Shown: positions 62,415-64,000 of the stretch, one piece after another | Numbering within the stretch: the stretch's first letter is position 1 | Layout of the letters: every line of letters begins with the position of its first letter | Source: a plasmid | Sequence record: NZ_CP013482.1 | Direction: 5' to 3' (one strand) | Length of the DNA: 64,000 bases | Program-made: the position numbers and the translations under genes | Notes under the pieces: generated by a model | What the model saw: the letters and a program-made list of their open reading frames with translations, nothing else | Told to the model about the DNA's origin: nothing | The model's database searches: none

Positions 62415-63125
62415 TTACTTCCCATTTTCCGAAACGCCGAACTCAGCGGCTTCGCCATCTCGCGTGCAGGAAGCCCAAATTCGCTTAACCTGGCTGATAC
62501 TGCATCCCGCCATACGCGCTGTTTCAGCGATGGTGTGTCCAGCTTTCCTAAACGCGATAACGCGCTCGTTCACGGCAGTATTGGGCTTGCGCCCACGATA
62601 CTTTCCAGCAGCTCGGGCAAGAGTTATGCCCTGCGCCTGGCGCTGCCGCCGGGTCTCATACTCGTCACGGGCCATCTGCAAAGCGAGCCGCATGAGCATT
62701 TGCTGCACCGACTCAAGGACAACCCGAGCAACGCCCTCCGATTTCTCGGACAACTCCGACAAATCGATCACACCAGGCACGGCCAACGTCGCTCCTTTGT
62801 CGCGTATCGATCCAATCAGGCGCTCGGCGTCGGGCAATGGAAGGCGACTAATGCGATCAATTTTTTCCGCGATGACCACATCCCCCGGTTGCAGGTCAGC
62901 AATCATTCGCAGTAGCTCTGGTCTATCCACGCGGGCACCGGACGCTTTCTCACGGTACACACCTGCTACGTAGTACCCTGCCCTCCTCGCCTCGTCTACA
63001 AGCCCCTCTTGCCTCTCTATGTCCTGTTGCGCAGTGCTTACGCGCAAATAGATTCGGGCGACCTTGATAGCCGCCCGATCACGCTTGCGAGAAGCGGCGG
63101 TTTTGCTCGTCTGACGCGCGACCAC
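62415..63125 (-). CDS. Serine recombinase/resolvase (same gene as 1269..1979 through the wrap)
   Basis: Identical protein. Confidence 0.85.
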   Translation of the reverse strand: MVARQTSKTAASRKRDRAAIKVARIYLRVSTAQQDIERQEGLVDEARRAGYYVAGVYREKASGARVDRPELLRMIADLQPGDVVIAEKIDRISRLPLPDAERLIGSIRDKGATLAVPGVIDLSELSEKSEGVARVVLESVQQMLMRLALQMARDEYETRRQRQAQGITLARAAGKYRGRKPNTAVNERVIAFRKAGHTIAETARMAGCSISQVKRIWASCTRDGEAAEFGVSENGK

Positions 63126-63131
63126 CTCGCT

Positions 63132-63455
63132 TTATCCTTCCGGGGAGATCAAAAAGCGATCCCGCTTTTTACCAACTATCCAAGCGGGCGCTCGCCCGCG
63201 ACCACTCCATGTGGCACCCGAAGCAGGGTCCCGGTACTTAGCCGCAAGCGGGCCGCTGCGCTTGCGGCGCGCCCCAAATAGATCCCGCTCGGTCAATTGG
63301 TACTCAACGATAAGGCGTCGAACATCGGCCACAACACTGCCTTTTTCCGCCGCCAGTGCTTTAGCCGCCTCGGCTTCTAATGCCTCAACGCGCTTGAGGG
63401 TCTCTGCTTCAATTGCCTCGATCTGTGCGCGAATCTCTGCATATTTCTTCGTCAT
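63132..63455 (-). CDS. H-NS family protein (same gene as 1986..2309)
   Basis: Identical protein. Confidence 0.8.
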   Translation of the reverse strand: MTKKYAEIRAQIEAIEAETLKRVEALEAEAAKALAAEKGSVVADVRRLIVEYQLTERDLFGARRKRSGPLAAKYRDPASGATWSGRGRAPAWIVGKKRDRFLISPEG

Positions 63456-63730
63456 GTTATCTCTGTGTCAGCTTTGGTTATTTTTGATTCCGCTTGCCGG
63501 TTTATCTGCCTTGGTGGAAGCAATATCGCCGATGCGATTCCGGAAAGTCTCTCGGTCATTTTGGGTATACCTAATTTAACCATACGAATTTTAGTAGCCC
63601 AAATATACAAGAGGCAACTCAAAAAAGCCATCTATTTTTGGACCACCTAAAAGAGCCTATTTTTCACTTGCGTCATTAGCTCAGGTTAGCTAATATGAGT
63701 CATCAAACCAAGGTTAGCTAAGGAGGTGCC

Positions 63731-63967
63731 ATGCAAACCGTCAACATCCACGACGCCAAATCGCAATTGTCGAAGCTCATCGAGCGCGCCAAGAGTGGCG
63801 AGGACGTTGTTATCGCCAAGGCGGGGGAGCCGGTCGCCCGTCTCGTCGCCTTCGTCCCGGCCAAGCCGGAACGCCGCTTCGGTGGCCTCAAGGGTAAGAT
63901 CCGTATCGCTTCGGATTTCGACGACGCCTTGCCGGCCGATGTGCTTGCCGCGTTTGAGGGACAGTGA
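63731..63967 (+). CDS. phd: Phd/YefM antitoxin (same gene as 2585..2821)
   Basis: Identical protein. Confidence 0.8.
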   Translation: MQTVNIHDAKSQLSKLIERAKSGEDVVIAKAGEPVARLVAFVPAKPERRFGGLKGKIRIASDFDDALPADVLAAFEGQ

Positions 63968-64000
63968 TGCGCTTGCTTCTCGACACGCACGTTTTTCTGT
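63964..64000 (+). CDS. vapC: 5' end of vapC (truncated by the window end)
   Basis: Identical to 2818..2854. Confidence 0.5.
   Translation, partial: MMRLLLDTHVFL

Larger units (their letters stand above)
61146..64000. repeat. Second copy of the terminal redundancy (wrap-around of circular molecule)
   Basis: Identical sequence to 1..2854 except a single extra G in copy 2 (acggttggga vs acgttgggac). Confidence 0.85.

Overview
This 64 kb window appears to be a complete circular plasmid of about 61,146 bp, read past its start: bases 61146..64000 repeat bases 1..2854 with a single 1-bp indel. Synteny and regulatory motifs point to an IncP-1-like (RP4/RK2-type) conjugative backbone, read directly from the sequence.

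Backbone, in order:
- ssb-trfA, with oriV iterons next to the trfA 3' end.
- klcB-korC and a kle-like region.
- korA-incC-korB.
- The leader operon traK-traL-traM.
- An oriT whose nic region almost matches RP4 (…CACCTATCCTG|CCCGG).
- The Tra1 operon: traJ, the MOBP relaxase traI (HHDTDNLHIH), the coupling protein traG, traF, topoisomerase III, and an ArdC-primase traC.
- The Tra2 operon trbA and trbB-J, L, M, N, P.

Nine or more KorB operators (TTTAGCSGCTAAA) and three KorA operators (GTTTAGCTAAAC) are scattered around the circle.

Non-canonical content:
- A Fic/VbhA-type toxin-antitoxin pair sits in the leading region under a KorB operator, where kfrA/korFG normally are. A very GC-rich coiled-coil gene remnant lies beside it.
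- klcA (the ArdB antirestriction gene) and trbK (entry exclusion) are absent.
- All cargo lies in one roughly 25 kb block between trbP and traC. It holds a giant inverse-autotransporter (intimin/invasin-like) adhesin with about seven tandem 297-bp repeats, the last five nearly identical. Then come a cobalamin-riboswitch-controlled btuB, and a resolvase with an H-NS-like gene. A phd/vapC TA follows (vapC frameshifted in a GGG run). Last is a ~12.5 kb unidirectional operon of about 27 mostly small genes I cannot assign. These include an OafA-type acyltransferase, an orphan A24 prepilin peptidase, many small membrane proteins and lipoproteins, zinc-ribbon proteins, an acidic protein, a HEPN-like protein and a possible ADP-ribosyltransferase-like protein. 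The operon is headed by an HTH regulator and a tyrosine-recombinase-like protein whose catalytic residues look substituted.

No antibiotic-resistance genes, transposases, IS elements or CRISPR arrays were seen. All protein family calls come from motifs read by eye, without any database search.
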